DNA from: Heterodontus francisci
Taxonomy: Eukaryota
Direction of reading: 5' to 3'
DNA length: 64,000 bases
NCBI RefSeq assembly: GCF_036365525.1
Contig: NC_090386.1
Location: 81,800,797 to 81,864,796 of the forward strand
The stretch's first letter is position 1, and the number at the start of each line of letters is the position of its first letter. Positions 24,601 through 36,074 of this stretch are shown here, one piece after another. The position numbers and the translations under genes are program-made. The notes beneath the pieces are model-generated. The model was not told the origin of the DNA, searched no databases, and saw nothing but the letters and a program-made list of their open reading frames with translations.

Positions 24601-26249
24601 GAAATATGCTTATTTAGAGTTTAATGCCATTTTGCATGTGGCAAATTATTCAATGACAGCAAAACGTGACTGTTCTGAGGGTTTTGGCCAGTCTGCAGGG
24701 ACGATAGAGAGAGTTCACCAGAATGAAAAGTGCATCCAGTAGATTGAGAACATTCACATGTTCTCCTTGGAATGAAGGCTTCCATTTTAAGTAATGTTTT
24801 TGACATCACGCAATTGAGGTACAGCCTGCATGTAAAATGAAGCAGGCAGCACTGAGCATTGAAGCCAAACACTGTGTCTTCTGTAGATAGTCTTTGGAGG
24901 GGAGAAATGAATGCTTGTTTTCATGTTCAATTTGATGTGCACTCTCCAACTTTGCACAATCTGTACATTATACAGGGAAATACATAATTGGGCCTACTAA
25001 TCATTTAATTATTAAGAAACAATTAGATGTGGCAAAAGGGAAAATGTAAGGTTATTATGAATGAGTGAAATAAGACCAGCCTAATTACCCTCCTCGTCTG
25101 TAATTATCTTCTAATCTTGTGATTTGACTGTATCCCTTTTATTAATCCGACTTGCGCTGGCAGCACTAACTCAACCCAATCCCGCTGGCATTTCCATTCC
25201 AATCCTTCTGTTAGAAGCTCTGATCTAACCCAACACTTGCTGGCAGCTTATACATGAAAATTATAGGATTATAGAAATTACAGCACAGGAGGGGGCCACT
25301 TGGTCTGTCGTGCCTGTGGTAGTGCTAGCTCTTCAACTGAATAAAGATACAGCTGACAAACCAGCCACTCCAAATATGCAGAGGATGGGCATAGATGCAT
25401 TGTTGGAACTAGTCAAATTATCCTTGTAAAAACACAGCAGGCTTTATGGTCATAAGCCTTTCTCAAGTGTCAAATTGGGTCTGGAAATCCCTGATAATAT
25501 TGCTCCCTTAAGGAAATCAAATGATTGCATTCCAAAAATGCAGTTGGGTCCTTTGTGAGAGGGTGACTGATTAATCAAAACAGAAAAGTTTGTAGCAGAA
25601 CATGAACAGCAGATTCCTGCGGACACCATGCATGGTTGCAAATGCAGCACAGCCGCCTCTCTGTCTGTCAGTGTGGGCTTAAGTTGCTGTTTAACCTTAT
25701 CTGAGAACAGAAATTACAGGAAGCAGGCAGAATCAACTGACGGATTGATGCAGGCACAAACAGAAACCTCCCAATTGTTGAATGCGGTGGGGGAGGGGGC
25801 GGGTGGGCAACCAATTATGTAAACTTCTCATCTTTGGTCCTTAGAGATCAGTCGGTACCGAAGATGTAAATATAGTGAAGCTGAGAAAACTGCTTCTTTC
25901 GTGTTCCAGTTACAACTTGGACAATGTTATCACCAGAGGGAGTCATTTATTTGAAATAAGGCTACATTAGTAGTTCACAAGTAGTATGAATGTCTCACAA
26001 TGAATAATATGCATTTATTTTGTAAATGAAAGCTTTTACAGCATTGCCTATCTTTGGTTTGCTAAATTTTACTTGTGGAGTTTATTTGGCAGTGAAGCTC
26101 TGAAGCAGGTTAAGAATTGTTTTTGTTATTGAGCATATTAAACACAAAAACATTGAGCAAGCTGAATATTTTTTGAACATTTGTTTACAGTGTACTTTGG
26201 AAAAACATTTCTGACAACTGTAATGAGATAGGGGTGTACCTCAGTAATT

Positions 26250-26480
26250 CTTGAGGTGATTTGAGAAAAGATCTAAAGGGGAGATGAGAATGCACTACCT
26301 AAAAGGCTAGTGGAAACAGGTTCAACAGTAACTTCTAAAAAGGAAATTTTATAAACACTTGGAAGGAAAAATGTAGCGGGCAATGGGGAAAGAGCAGAGG
26401 GAGACTAATTGGATAGCTCTTTCGAAGAGCCAGCACAGATTCAATGAGCTGAATGGCCTCCTTCTATGATTCTATGACTG
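26250..26480 (+). mobile_element. CR1 3' UTR fragment
   Basis: Ends GCACAGATTCAATGAGCTGAATGGCCTCCTTCTATGATTCTATGA, the CR1 terminal motif with (ATTCTATG)n. Confidence 0.7.
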
Positions 26481-27019
26481 TCCTTCATATCTGGAGACTA
26501 AAGAAGGCCATTCGGACAGAATCCAAATATGTTCTCATTTCCTTTGTTTGTAGTTATAAATGAGACTTGCATTGGATAGATACAGAACTAAATGCTTTGC
26601 AAACGTTTAATACAAAACTTCTGTTTCACTGGGACTGGCCTGATGAATTGCAATGGTCTATTCCAGTCACATACATTCCTATTTTCAAAAATACTGTACT
26701 ATTGCTGTGTGATAACTGGGAGAACGCACTCACTGATGAAATTCATTAAATCCTGATATCATTAACTAACAATATACTTTTGGAGTTACGCATTCCAAGA
26801 TTTTTACATTTTTCTAGCCTTTATCTGTCCATGTATTAGCTAAGTTATTCCAATTTAGCAGTTAATTCAAAAGTATTCACAATTTGTTTGGTTGTGATTA
26901 TTTCATATTTTTTCATAAAAATAAAATATTTCATATTGCTACAATCTATAATTATCATGGTTTATCTAAATTTAAAGGGAAACAATTAAATTAGGTGATT
27001 ACCAGGAATAGTAAGTCTT

Positions 27020-27124
27020 TAAACAAAAACAGAAAACACTGTAAATACACAGCAAGTCTGCCAGCAGCTGTGGCGAGAGAACCAGGGTCAACATTTCAGG
27101 TTAATGACCTTTCATCAGGACTGG
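27020..27124 (-). mobile_element. Penelope terminal fragment with hammerhead core
   Basis: Minus strand CTGATGA-A-AGGT-CATTA-ACCT-GAAA followed by the same tail as 16535-16600. Confidence 0.75.
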
Positions 27125-27434
27125 GCCCACTTTCTTTCCAGCATTGGGGGTGATGTGGGTTGGTCTGTTGGTGTGCAAGTAGAGGTGAAGCAGGTTGATC
27201 TTTGGAATCGAAACACTTTGTCAGAACTTCGCACTGGCAGGGGGCTGACCTGTTTTTGTTTTCTTGGGACTGACGGACCTGTTGTGTTATCTAGCATTTT
27301 CCTTTTCTTTTCAGGTATGCTGTATTTGAAGCTTGCCTTTTTTATTGTTAAGGGATTTTCCCCCCATTTGCTTGCATTATTCCCATCACATTCTCACCTC
27401 CTACTCCTTTTATGTGACTCATTCCTTTTACTTC

Positions 27435-27685
27435 AGCCGTAGCTCAGTCAGTAACACTCTTACCCACCCCTCCTCCCCACTTAGTTAAAAAAAAGTTGTG
27501 GGTTCAAGTCCCACAAGGGTGATACTCCAATGCAAATTATCTGGTTGTTATCATATTACTATTTATGGGAGCCTAGCTGTGTGCATGTTTCCTACATTAC
27601 AAGAGTGACTATACTTCATAAGCTATAAAGTGCTTTGGGACATCCTGTAGTCTGGAAAGGTGCTGCATAAATACAAATTCTCCTT
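27435..27685 (+). mobile_element. DeuSINE (SacSINE1-like), internally deleted
   Basis: Head GTAGCTCAGTCAGTAACACTCT..GGGTTCAAGTCCCAC and a Deu tail ending CTTTGGGACATCCTG..AAAGGTGCTGCATAAATACAA. Confidence 0.7.
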
Positions 27686-27736
27686 TTCACTAATGAGCCA
27701 TCATAACATCTAACAATTCTCTATTTCAATTTGCAG

Positions 27737-28298
27737 GTCATTCAACTCAGTAACCGACGTAAAAGTCGGTGATGAACCCACTTCTACGGGTCCACAGGCT
27801 TTAATTGCTCCGAGGTGGGAGGGAGGAAGTCCCGCCACATTGATCTGCTGGCCAATCAGCGGGCCGGCAGCTCTTAGTTCCAACAGCGTCACCGGGAGTG
27901 GTGGCCACTACTGGGACTACAACCCAGCGTCCAGAAAAGATGTCGGGGAGCTGGGAGAAAAGGTAAGTTTTGATTGCCTCGCCGGGAGTAATTGGTTGGG
28001 CCCTGGTGAGGCAAGGGTGGTCCCCCCCTCGAGACGATTGGAAGCCGCCTGCTTTTCCAAGGCGGTCGCTTGCCACGCGTAAAATCCGCGTGGTGGTGGG
28101 CGAAGGCCCTTAAGTGGCCATTTAAGGGCTTTGATTGGCCTGGGGTGGGCAGATGGGTGGGCCGTCTGCCCCCCTCCCCCCACCGCCGTCCTACGTAAAG
28201 GAGACCGGGTCGGGAAAGCCTCTGGGAGCCTCCCGCTCCATTTTCCGCCAATACCCCCCTCCACCATTTGGCTCATTGGGTTGTTTAAAATTCCAGCC
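27737..28298 (-). mobile_element. Non-autonomous Harbinger-like element, relative of 50690-51467
   Basis: Ends TAAAATTCCAGCC. The interior is reverse-complement homologous to 50690-51467 (GTGGCCACCACTCCC..CTGATTGGCCAGCAG). Confidence 0.7.
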
Positions 28299-28309
28299 AG
28301 TGTATTTAA

Positions 28310-28386
28310 AAATAAAACCCTGTTCCAGTAAGACCAGGTGGAGACTAAAAGGGAACCATAGACCTCTTTCTCACCTGGTCGTAACA
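28310..28386 (+). mobile_element. LTR 3'-end fragment
   Basis: AAACCCTGTT...CTCACCTGGTCGTAACA matches the ends of the LTRs at 31045 and 57520. Confidence 0.65.
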
Positions 28387-28554
28387 CTCTGTAAAAATAA
28401 AGTAGAATAGAGAGCAACAGAGGGGAAGGGAGGAATCTGACCGAAGCATCAGGGGAGGGAAAAAGAGAGAGGCCAGAAGGCATTGTGAGGAAGGAAAGGA
28501 AGAAGCCAAGGAACTAACTAGAAAAGGAGACTAAAACAAAAGGAAAATAGGGCA

Positions 28555-28668
28555 GGTGCTGGAAATGTGAAAGAAAAACAGATAATGCTGGAAAACACTC
28601 AACAGGTCAGGCAGCATCTGTGGAGAGAGAAACAGTTAATGTTTCAGCTTGATAATGTTTCGATAGAA
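28555..28668 (-). mobile_element. Penelope terminal fragment
   Basis: AATGCTGGAAAACACTCAACAGGTCAGGCAGCATCTGTGGAGAGAGAAACAGTTAATGTTTCA. The hammerhead core is degenerate. Confidence 0.7.
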
Positions 28669-29074
28669 AAAACTATTGGATTTAATTTACTCTTAGCATA
28701 TTAGTTTTGCCTTAATGTGGGGGTTATATTGTTTCCTTTTTGTATCACAATCTCAAGAGACACGGGTTTACTTACAAAACATTCTTGAAGGTTCGATGTC
28801 TGACAACTAATAAACACAGAGCAGGCAATCTTAAAAAACACAATAATGACAATTAATCCCTGTTAACCCCTTAATAGGCAGGTGAGTGCTATAACTAATA
28901 TTCAGTCTGTCAACCAGTTGTGGACTATGAAAATTGGAGCACTATTGGAAGAAATACATTTTAGGGCTGAATTACTAATGAGGTCATTCAGGTTACTCAG
29001 CAAAGTGTAAGGAAATAGATAAATTTCTGCTTCAAGTCAGAAGTACAATCCACTATCAAGAAGACTCCCAAATC

Positions 29075-29610
29075 TATGAACAAAATCACAAATGTGGCAG
29101 TCCTCCCAAAGACAGAGCTCCCACGTGTGTTGGCACTAATCAAACAGAGGCGGCTGCGATGGATCGGACACGTCCGCAGGATGGAAGATGGTCGCATACC
29201 CAAGGACGTTCTGTACGGTGAGGTAGCCGGGGCCAGACAACCAGTGGGGGCGTCCAAAGCCCTGCTTCAAGGATGCTTGCAAGCATGACATGAAGGACCT
29301 AAATGTCAACTGTCGCACTTGGGAGTCACTAGCTAGCGAAAGAGGGAAATTGCAACATATCCTATGGACTGGTGTGCACTATCATGATGACCAGTAGCTA
29401 CAGTTGCTTGGCATCAATGTCAAGAAGAACAACTCAAAGTATCACTTGGCAGCTTGACAAGCAGCATACATGGCAGAACCTGCCTCTCAAGGATTGGCCT
29501 TCACAGCCATCAACAAAGGTGCACCAAAAAAAGATGCCCCCTCCCCCTTTAGTGGATTGTTTGCTGCATGTCCATCATCTTTCATAGATGGAAGGATGCC
29601 AACCACACCT
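29075..29610 (+). mobile_element. RTE-clade LINE 3' fragment
   Basis: KITNVAVL..LIKQRRLRWIGHVRRMEDGRIPKDVLYGEVAGARQ. Confidence 0.88.
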
Positions 29611-30026
29611 ATGGGAGGAAATTGCACAGGAGGGCAATGCAGCTTCAACAACACAATACATAAAAGGGTGTGTGATGAGGGAGTCTGAGTTGAAGGCAAG
29701 TACCAATGTAAGCCTTGTCAGTTATCTCACAATATATGACCGTCAATTACATTATATTAACATGAAAAGAATGCTAATTATTTAACATCAGTAAAAATGC
29801 TTGTCCAAGGTGGTTGCAGGTGTCAGGTATACTTTCTTGAATAATTTCAGATGAGAATTATTAACTTAAATTTACTCTATCTTGAAGCAATGAAGATATT
29901 TCAAAGGTATTACAATATGCTAGAAAAGATAGCCATGCTTACTAGTAGCTGAGAGAGTTTGTTCACCAACTATTCCTATGCAAGCATACAATAGATGAAA
30001 AAAAGTATTCATTCTGCTTTACCACT

Positions 30027-31045
30027 TGTGACGGAAACCACACCTTCCAAATGGAAACATATTAATTTCGGCATCTCTTTGGCCTCTGGAAACATATTAA
30101 TTTTGGCGTATGGAACACTATTTGAACTTTAACTGGACCTTGAACATAACTTGTTTAAAAGGACCACAGAGCAGTGGCTGAAAACATGGCTGCACATTTG
30201 CATTCTGAGAGACAGTTGCATAGAGAGACAACGGGAGTGCTCCCTGATTCAATTAGCCAGATGGGTTTTGTCAATGGTGATGATCAAAAGACATTGAGAG
30301 TCATTGTCTGTGTAAGAGCCAGTACTCCATCCCCCCACTGAGTGTGTATAATAAGCTTTGAAGAATCAACAATCCTCACAGGCGATGTTGTTTCAAACAA
30401 AGAGTCACATGACTAACCTGCTGGCCAACTTGGGAATTGATTGAATTGTGCCTCACAGAGAGGTTTGGGCAGACTGCAATTTTGAAAACCAAAGAGAAGC
30501 AAGGTCTCTCTCTCTTTGTCTCTCTCTCACACAAAGTTCCAGGGACCCAGGGAAACAACTTAAGCCTCAAGACAGAAGACCCCTGCAGCCTTCTGGTACC
30601 AGCGAAACAAGTTTGAAAGTGTGTACTGGGCCCCAATGAGAACTGCAAGACTTAACTTCAATCAAAGATTTCACAGCAAAACTGAAAAAACAGTAACTGA
30701 ATTCCATTTACTACTTCAAACCTTCCCCCTTTAATTCTTTCTCCTCCTCTATCTATTTGTGTGTGTGTGTTTATCATATATGCATGCTAGCGTGGTTGCG
30801 TCACGTGTTTTTAGTAGTTTTAACTGAGTTAGAGTGTTAAGGTTAATAAACTTACACCTTTCTTATTTAAACCTGAGAAAGCCTGTCTGATTGGTTTGTT
30901 TACAATTACAATTAGAAAGCAGTGAGCAAGGACTTACTGAGGTGAAGCTAAAGACACTATTTTTTAAAAGTTAAACCCTGTTATGGCTAAACCAGGAAAG
31001 GGGCGAGACAGGAGCCTGAGACCCCTTCCTCACCTGGTCGTAGCA
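30027..31045 (+). mobile_element. Solo LTR (about 1 kb)
   Basis: Termini TGTGACG and CGTAGCA, 4-bp TSD CACT (30023-30026 and 31046-31049), and an AATAAA at about 30845. Confidence 0.88.
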
Positions 31046-31397
31046 CACTTCACTCAGCAAGATATTCAGATTTCAACCTACTAGACTTGTCAATAAATAT
31101 ACCGCTGTGCAGCCTTTACTTCTCTATAAAAATTGCATTTCCATCAATACATTTGTTCTTTTCTTTGCAGACAAAGGAACCTTTAACAGGCACCACTGTA
31201 CTGAGACAGACATTATATAAATTAGTTAATGATAAGCTATTATAAATACTATAGGCTATATAGGCTACTATAGCCTGTACGGGGCCTGAATGATATTGAA
31301 CTTGAAACATGCAAACCAGAAGGAAGCATATGTTACCTCAGTGATGCTATGGTGAACTACATGCTGGCAGATCTAGTGATGTCTTCAGTTATTTCAT

Positions 31398-31748
31398 GGG
31401 CGGCACAGTGGCGCAGTGGTTAGCACCGCAGCCTCACAGCTCCAGCGACCTGGGTTCAATTCTGGGTACTGCCTGTGTGGAGTTTGCAAGCTCTCCCTGT
31501 GTCTGCGTGGGTTTCCTCCGGGTGCTCCGGTTTCCTCCCACAAGCCAAAAGACTTGCAGGTTGGTAGGTAAATTGGCCATTATAAATTGCCCCTAGTATA
31601 GGTAGGTGGTAGGGAATATAGGGACTGGTGGGGATGTGGTAGGAATATGGGATTAATGTAGGATTAGTATAAATGGGTGGTTGATGGTCAGCACAGACTC
31701 GGTGGGCCGAAGGGCCTGTTTCAGTGCTGTATCTCTAAACTAAACTAA
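31398..31748 (+). mobile_element. HE1-type V-SINE, full length
   Basis: GGGCGGCACAGTGGCGCAGTGG head, V-domain, CR1-like tail and (CTAAA)n. Confidence 0.95.
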
Positions 31749-32014
31749 GAAGCACAGCCTTCTTGTATGCTGTTACTAGCCGAGATCCAGTTATGTGATA
31801 TTTTGGCAGTCCTCACACTGCAAATATCATATCCTATCACTTCAAACATCCTGGTTTTCTGTTGTTTCTTCTTCTCCACCGCAACAAAATCTAATATTGG
31901 CAGACGTAATGCAACCCCCACGCTGGCAATATCACTGCAAGACTCTGCTTTTAGCTAACATTTTGTGTTCTGATTTTGTGCTGTTTTCAACCAGTCTGTT
32001 TGCATCTTTAGTGT

Positions 32015-32700
32015 CATAATTGATCTTGAGATGAGCTTTCAACCTCACATTCGTGCCATCAATATGACTGCCTATTTTCACCTCTGCAACATCGCCCAGC
32101 TCTGCTCCTGTTTCAGCTCATCTGCTGCTGAAACCCTCATTTATGCCTTCATTACCTAACTAGTCCAATGCACTTCTTGCTGGTTCTACTCCCTACATTC
32201 TACTCTCCATAAATTTGAGGTCATCCAAAACTCTGCTGCCCATGTCTTAGCTGTGTGAAAATTGTGTTCGCTGTGCTCGCTGACTTACACTGGCTCCCGA
32301 TCAAGCAATATCTTGATTTTAAAATTCTCTTCCTTGTTTTCAAGTCGTTCCATGGTCTCGCTTCTCGCCATCTCTGTAATCTCCTCCAGCCCCATAACCG
32401 TCTGAGATCTCTGCACTCCTCTAATTCTGGCCTCTTGTGCATTCCTGATTTTAATTGCTCCACCATTTGTGACCATTCCTTCAGCTGCCTAGGCCCTAAG
32501 CTCTGAAATACCCTCCCTACACTTCACTGCCTCGCAACTCGCTTTCCTCCTTTACGATACTCCTTAAAACGTATCTCTTTGACCAAGTTTTTGGTCATTT
32601 GACCTAATATCTCCTTATGTGGCTTGGTGTCATATCTTGTTTTATAATGCTCCTGTGAAGCATTTTGGGATGTTTTATCATGTCAAAGGTGCCATTTAAA
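32015..32700 (+). mobile_element. L2-clade LINE 3' fragment
   Basis: VLADLHWLPIKQYLDFKILFLVFKSFHGLA..LCNLLQP...LRSL.SS. The tail GTGAAGCATTTTGGGATGTTT..AAAGGTGC resembles the DeuSINE tail. Confidence 0.85.
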
Positions 32701-34894
32701 AATGTGGTGCCGATGGCCGTGGCAGCAACGGTGGTGGTGGTGCTCAGCATTTGAACATTGGCATCTGATATTTCAATGCCAGCTTTAAATGGGAATGAAG
32801 TCCATTTTGAATAAATGTTCGTGTCTCACACTTAACAAGTCTTGCCTGTGTTACAAATATTTATTTTTCAAGAATCAAGTTAGGAGTGTGGGCAAAAGTT
32901 AATGACTGCTTAATTAACACCAACTCGTGCGATGACAACTTCTGGACATACACTTAGCGTGGCTATTAGCTCTAATATATAGCAAATTAAACCCCTAAGC
33001 ACTGAGCAGCAGACTGAGTGGGTAGGGGAGAGCAAGTAAATATCAAGCAGCAGGCTGAATGGGAAGATGTTGGATCTTTATAATGTTACAAAATAGCTGT
33101 GCTGATAGGAAAGCTCCAAACATTTGAGATAGTATGTTCAGTTGGGAAAGTTCAGGAACAGATATTTAGCATACAGTTTCTCCATTCCTGTGTGTGCGAT
33201 ATTTAAACATGCATTAACCAATTAAAAATAAATCCTTTAACATGAATGTCTTTGTAAAAATAGCACAAATAGGAATGTGATACAAGTGGGTTAAATATTT
33301 GTACCTGAAACATTGCTGAATGGAAGCTCTATCTTCTGATCATAAATTCCACAGGCGTGTCTGTAAGAAAGGTTTGCCTCAGTAAACTTGTTGCTTCTGT
33401 ATAACCAATCCCAATTCTCTGCATTGTACTCTATATCTGTCTGCATTTTCAGTGGCCTTATACTACTCGTAAGAGGTCTCAACTTAAAAACGGAGATTGC
33501 ACATTTGAGCTATGGATTCTGAAGTAATATTTAGCCTCTTGTAACTTGGTCAGAAGTCTGGCATAACTAGAAAGGTACACGATTCTCTGAATTAAGTCTG
33601 CACCAGGCCAAGTAGGACATCCTCCACGATGTCTAAGTTGAACTAGGTGTTTATTCAACACCATAAAAAGGGCTAAGTAGTTCCTAAAGGAGCAAAACAG
33701 ACCTCCCACACATGAAGCGTGGGTGATCCCTAATGTATGGCGTACCTAATCTCTTCTGGCCTGAATCGAGTGCCTATCCAGTCTAGCATGAAGTTCAAGT
33801 GAAAACTAACAGGGGCAAGTCTGGCCTCTCAGATCTTTGAACTAGATGTCTTTTACAGGAAATCCAGTTGATATTGAACAGAGGTGTAGCTGATTACTGC
33901 TCTTGGTACTCCAGTATTTCCAGTAGTTTTATTTTAAGATTGTGAAAAAAATAATAATCACTGTATTTAAACTCTTCAAAAAGACTTGTAGTTACAACTG
34001 TTGCCATGGTAACAGGTTAAACTGCACTAATCTTACTGCCCACCTCCATACCTTCCCTAATAGGCAGGCAAAGCAGCATCGATGAAACCAGAATTTAATA
34101 AGTTGCTTCTATGTTCTATTGCTACTGAGCTAGACTATGCTGATTTTGCGCCAACGCACAGCTATATGTTTTCTATCTAAAATTATGGTAGACTTCCTCA
34201 GATAGAGTTGTCAGCAACATTGTTTAATTATTTGGATATTAATACAGGCTGATGCATTAATATTCTAGAGATGGTAATTTGCACCAATCCTAATGGAAGC
34301 CACTGCAGTCAATAAGCCAATGTAGAAAGGTTAGTATCTTGTGTAAATCAAAACAGGAAACCAGTGTTGATTGAGGGCGTGTAGGTGATGACAGGGTTGG
34401 ATTGATAGTTTGCACATGCTCCTAGTTAGTGAGCATCTGTTTTACAATTTTAGTGACTATTCAAATAAAAGAAACATCAAAGTATAAGTTACTTTTTTCA
34501 GAAGGGATGTTTTACAATCACAGGTTTGCATAATCCTTTGTGTGATTCTGGTGACAAGGCTAATTCCAGCATCAAGATACTGACATACAGCTCAGGAGAG
34601 CTGTAACTAGGAATATTGCAAACTCCATAGGAACCTGGAAGTTGCTGTGAACAATGGTAACAAACACATAACATATTCACATCAAATTTATACTTCTGCT
34701 ATTTTAGCAGGTTAATGCCTCAGTTAAAATAGCAGAGAAATGAAACTGTTGTGAGTGTGTCAAGTGTTCATATAATGAAATTGCTCACAGTAATTTCCAG
34801 GCTCCAGTGACTGTCAGAATCTAGTCCTGGGTTATCAAGCCAGGTCTGATATATCATGGTATAGAGGTCCTAGTTTACAACTCAACTGTATCCA

Positions 34895-35296
34895 AGGATT
34901 TCCCGGCATGCTTCAGGACCTCGATGTCAGGGTCAAATGGGGGTCAGAAGCCCACATTGTGTGAGAAACAGGCTGTGATTTTCCACGAATTGGCAAATTA
35001 ATGACCAGAGGGCGGCTTGAAGCTGGAGGGCCAATAGGAGGTCCTCCAGCACTGGAGAAGCAGCAGGATGCCTTTTCAGGTAAAAGAGACAGAGAAGGCA
35101 CCCCAAGATGGAGGCACCCTCTCTCCAACTTTTTTAACTTTAAAATGAAAAATGCTCTTAACAGTTGAGTCACTATTGTGGAGGGGGGAAACCCTTCCAC
35201 AGGGCAGCCTGTGGCTGCAGCCGAAACCAGGCTGGTGGGGAGGACCTCAAATCCTGCCTCAGGCCCCATGCCCATCGGGGCCTAAAAATTCAGCCC
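34895..35296. mobile_element. Non-autonomous Harbinger-like element
   Basis: Ends AAAAATTCAGCCC followed by TAG. GC-rich interior. Confidence 0.55.
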
Positions 35297-35609
35297 TAGG
35301 TGTTCAGACTCGAACTGTTAATTTGACATGTCAATTATAGATAATCAGGCTTTAGGTATTTCCAGAATAATGGGGGAAAAATTGGAATCACTTTTGCTGC
35401 CCATTATATAACACCTAATTCAGCTCTTATTGAAGTCAATATTGGGCAAGGTGTATTTTGAACAACCGATGGGATTCTGCCTGTTTTGTGTCTTTGCCCA
35501 TGTCCAATTTCAACCTCTATCAGTTTAGCATGAGCTGTAGGTACAATAGTCGTAAATTCCATACCTCAGCAAATAGATGGTGTAGGTAGCAGTAACAGAG
35601 CTAGAGGTA

Positions 35610-36070
35610 AAGACGGAAAATGCTGGAAGTACTCAGCAGTTCTGGCAGCATCTGTGGAGAGAGAAACAGAGGTAATGTTTCATGTCTGTGACCTTTCATC
35701 AGAACTGGGATAAGTTAGAAATGTAATAGGTTTTGAGCAAGGGAAGGGTGGGAAAAAGAACAAAAGGAAAGGTCTTTGATAGGGTGGAAGACAGGAGAGA
35801 TTAAATGACAGAAGAGCTAGTTGTGCAGGGCCAAAGAGAGTCGAAATGGGGCAAGAAAAGTAAAAAGGAAGCAAAAGATGTGCCGAGAGCAGATGTGCAG
35901 CCGTCCGAAAGCAAAAACAAGAGAAAAACCAAAACATGCAAAGAAAAGGAAACAAAATGGGGGCCAGAGATTATCGTCTGTAATTGTTGAACTCAGTGTT
36001 GAGTCCAGAGGCTGTAAAGTGCCAATCGAAAGATGAGGCCCTGTTCGTCAAGCTTAAGTTGAATTTCATG
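35610..36070 (-). mobile_element. Penelope-like 3' fragment
   Basis: Collinear with 16535-17025. Hammerhead core at 35670-35706 with mutated stems. Confidence 0.8.
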
Positions 36071-36074
36071 ACAA

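Noticed and set aside
31398-31470. tRNA gene
   Set aside because: The A and B boxes belong to the HE1 SINE head, which continues into a V-domain and LINE tail. Three copies occur in the window.
35370-35518. Short hairpin-like elements, also at about 1130-1250, 57550-57640 and 61220-61340
   Set aside because: Probably ancient MITE remnants (GAAGTCAAT-centred, GGGG..AAAT ends) but too degenerate to bound or classify. Not evidence of structured ncRNA.
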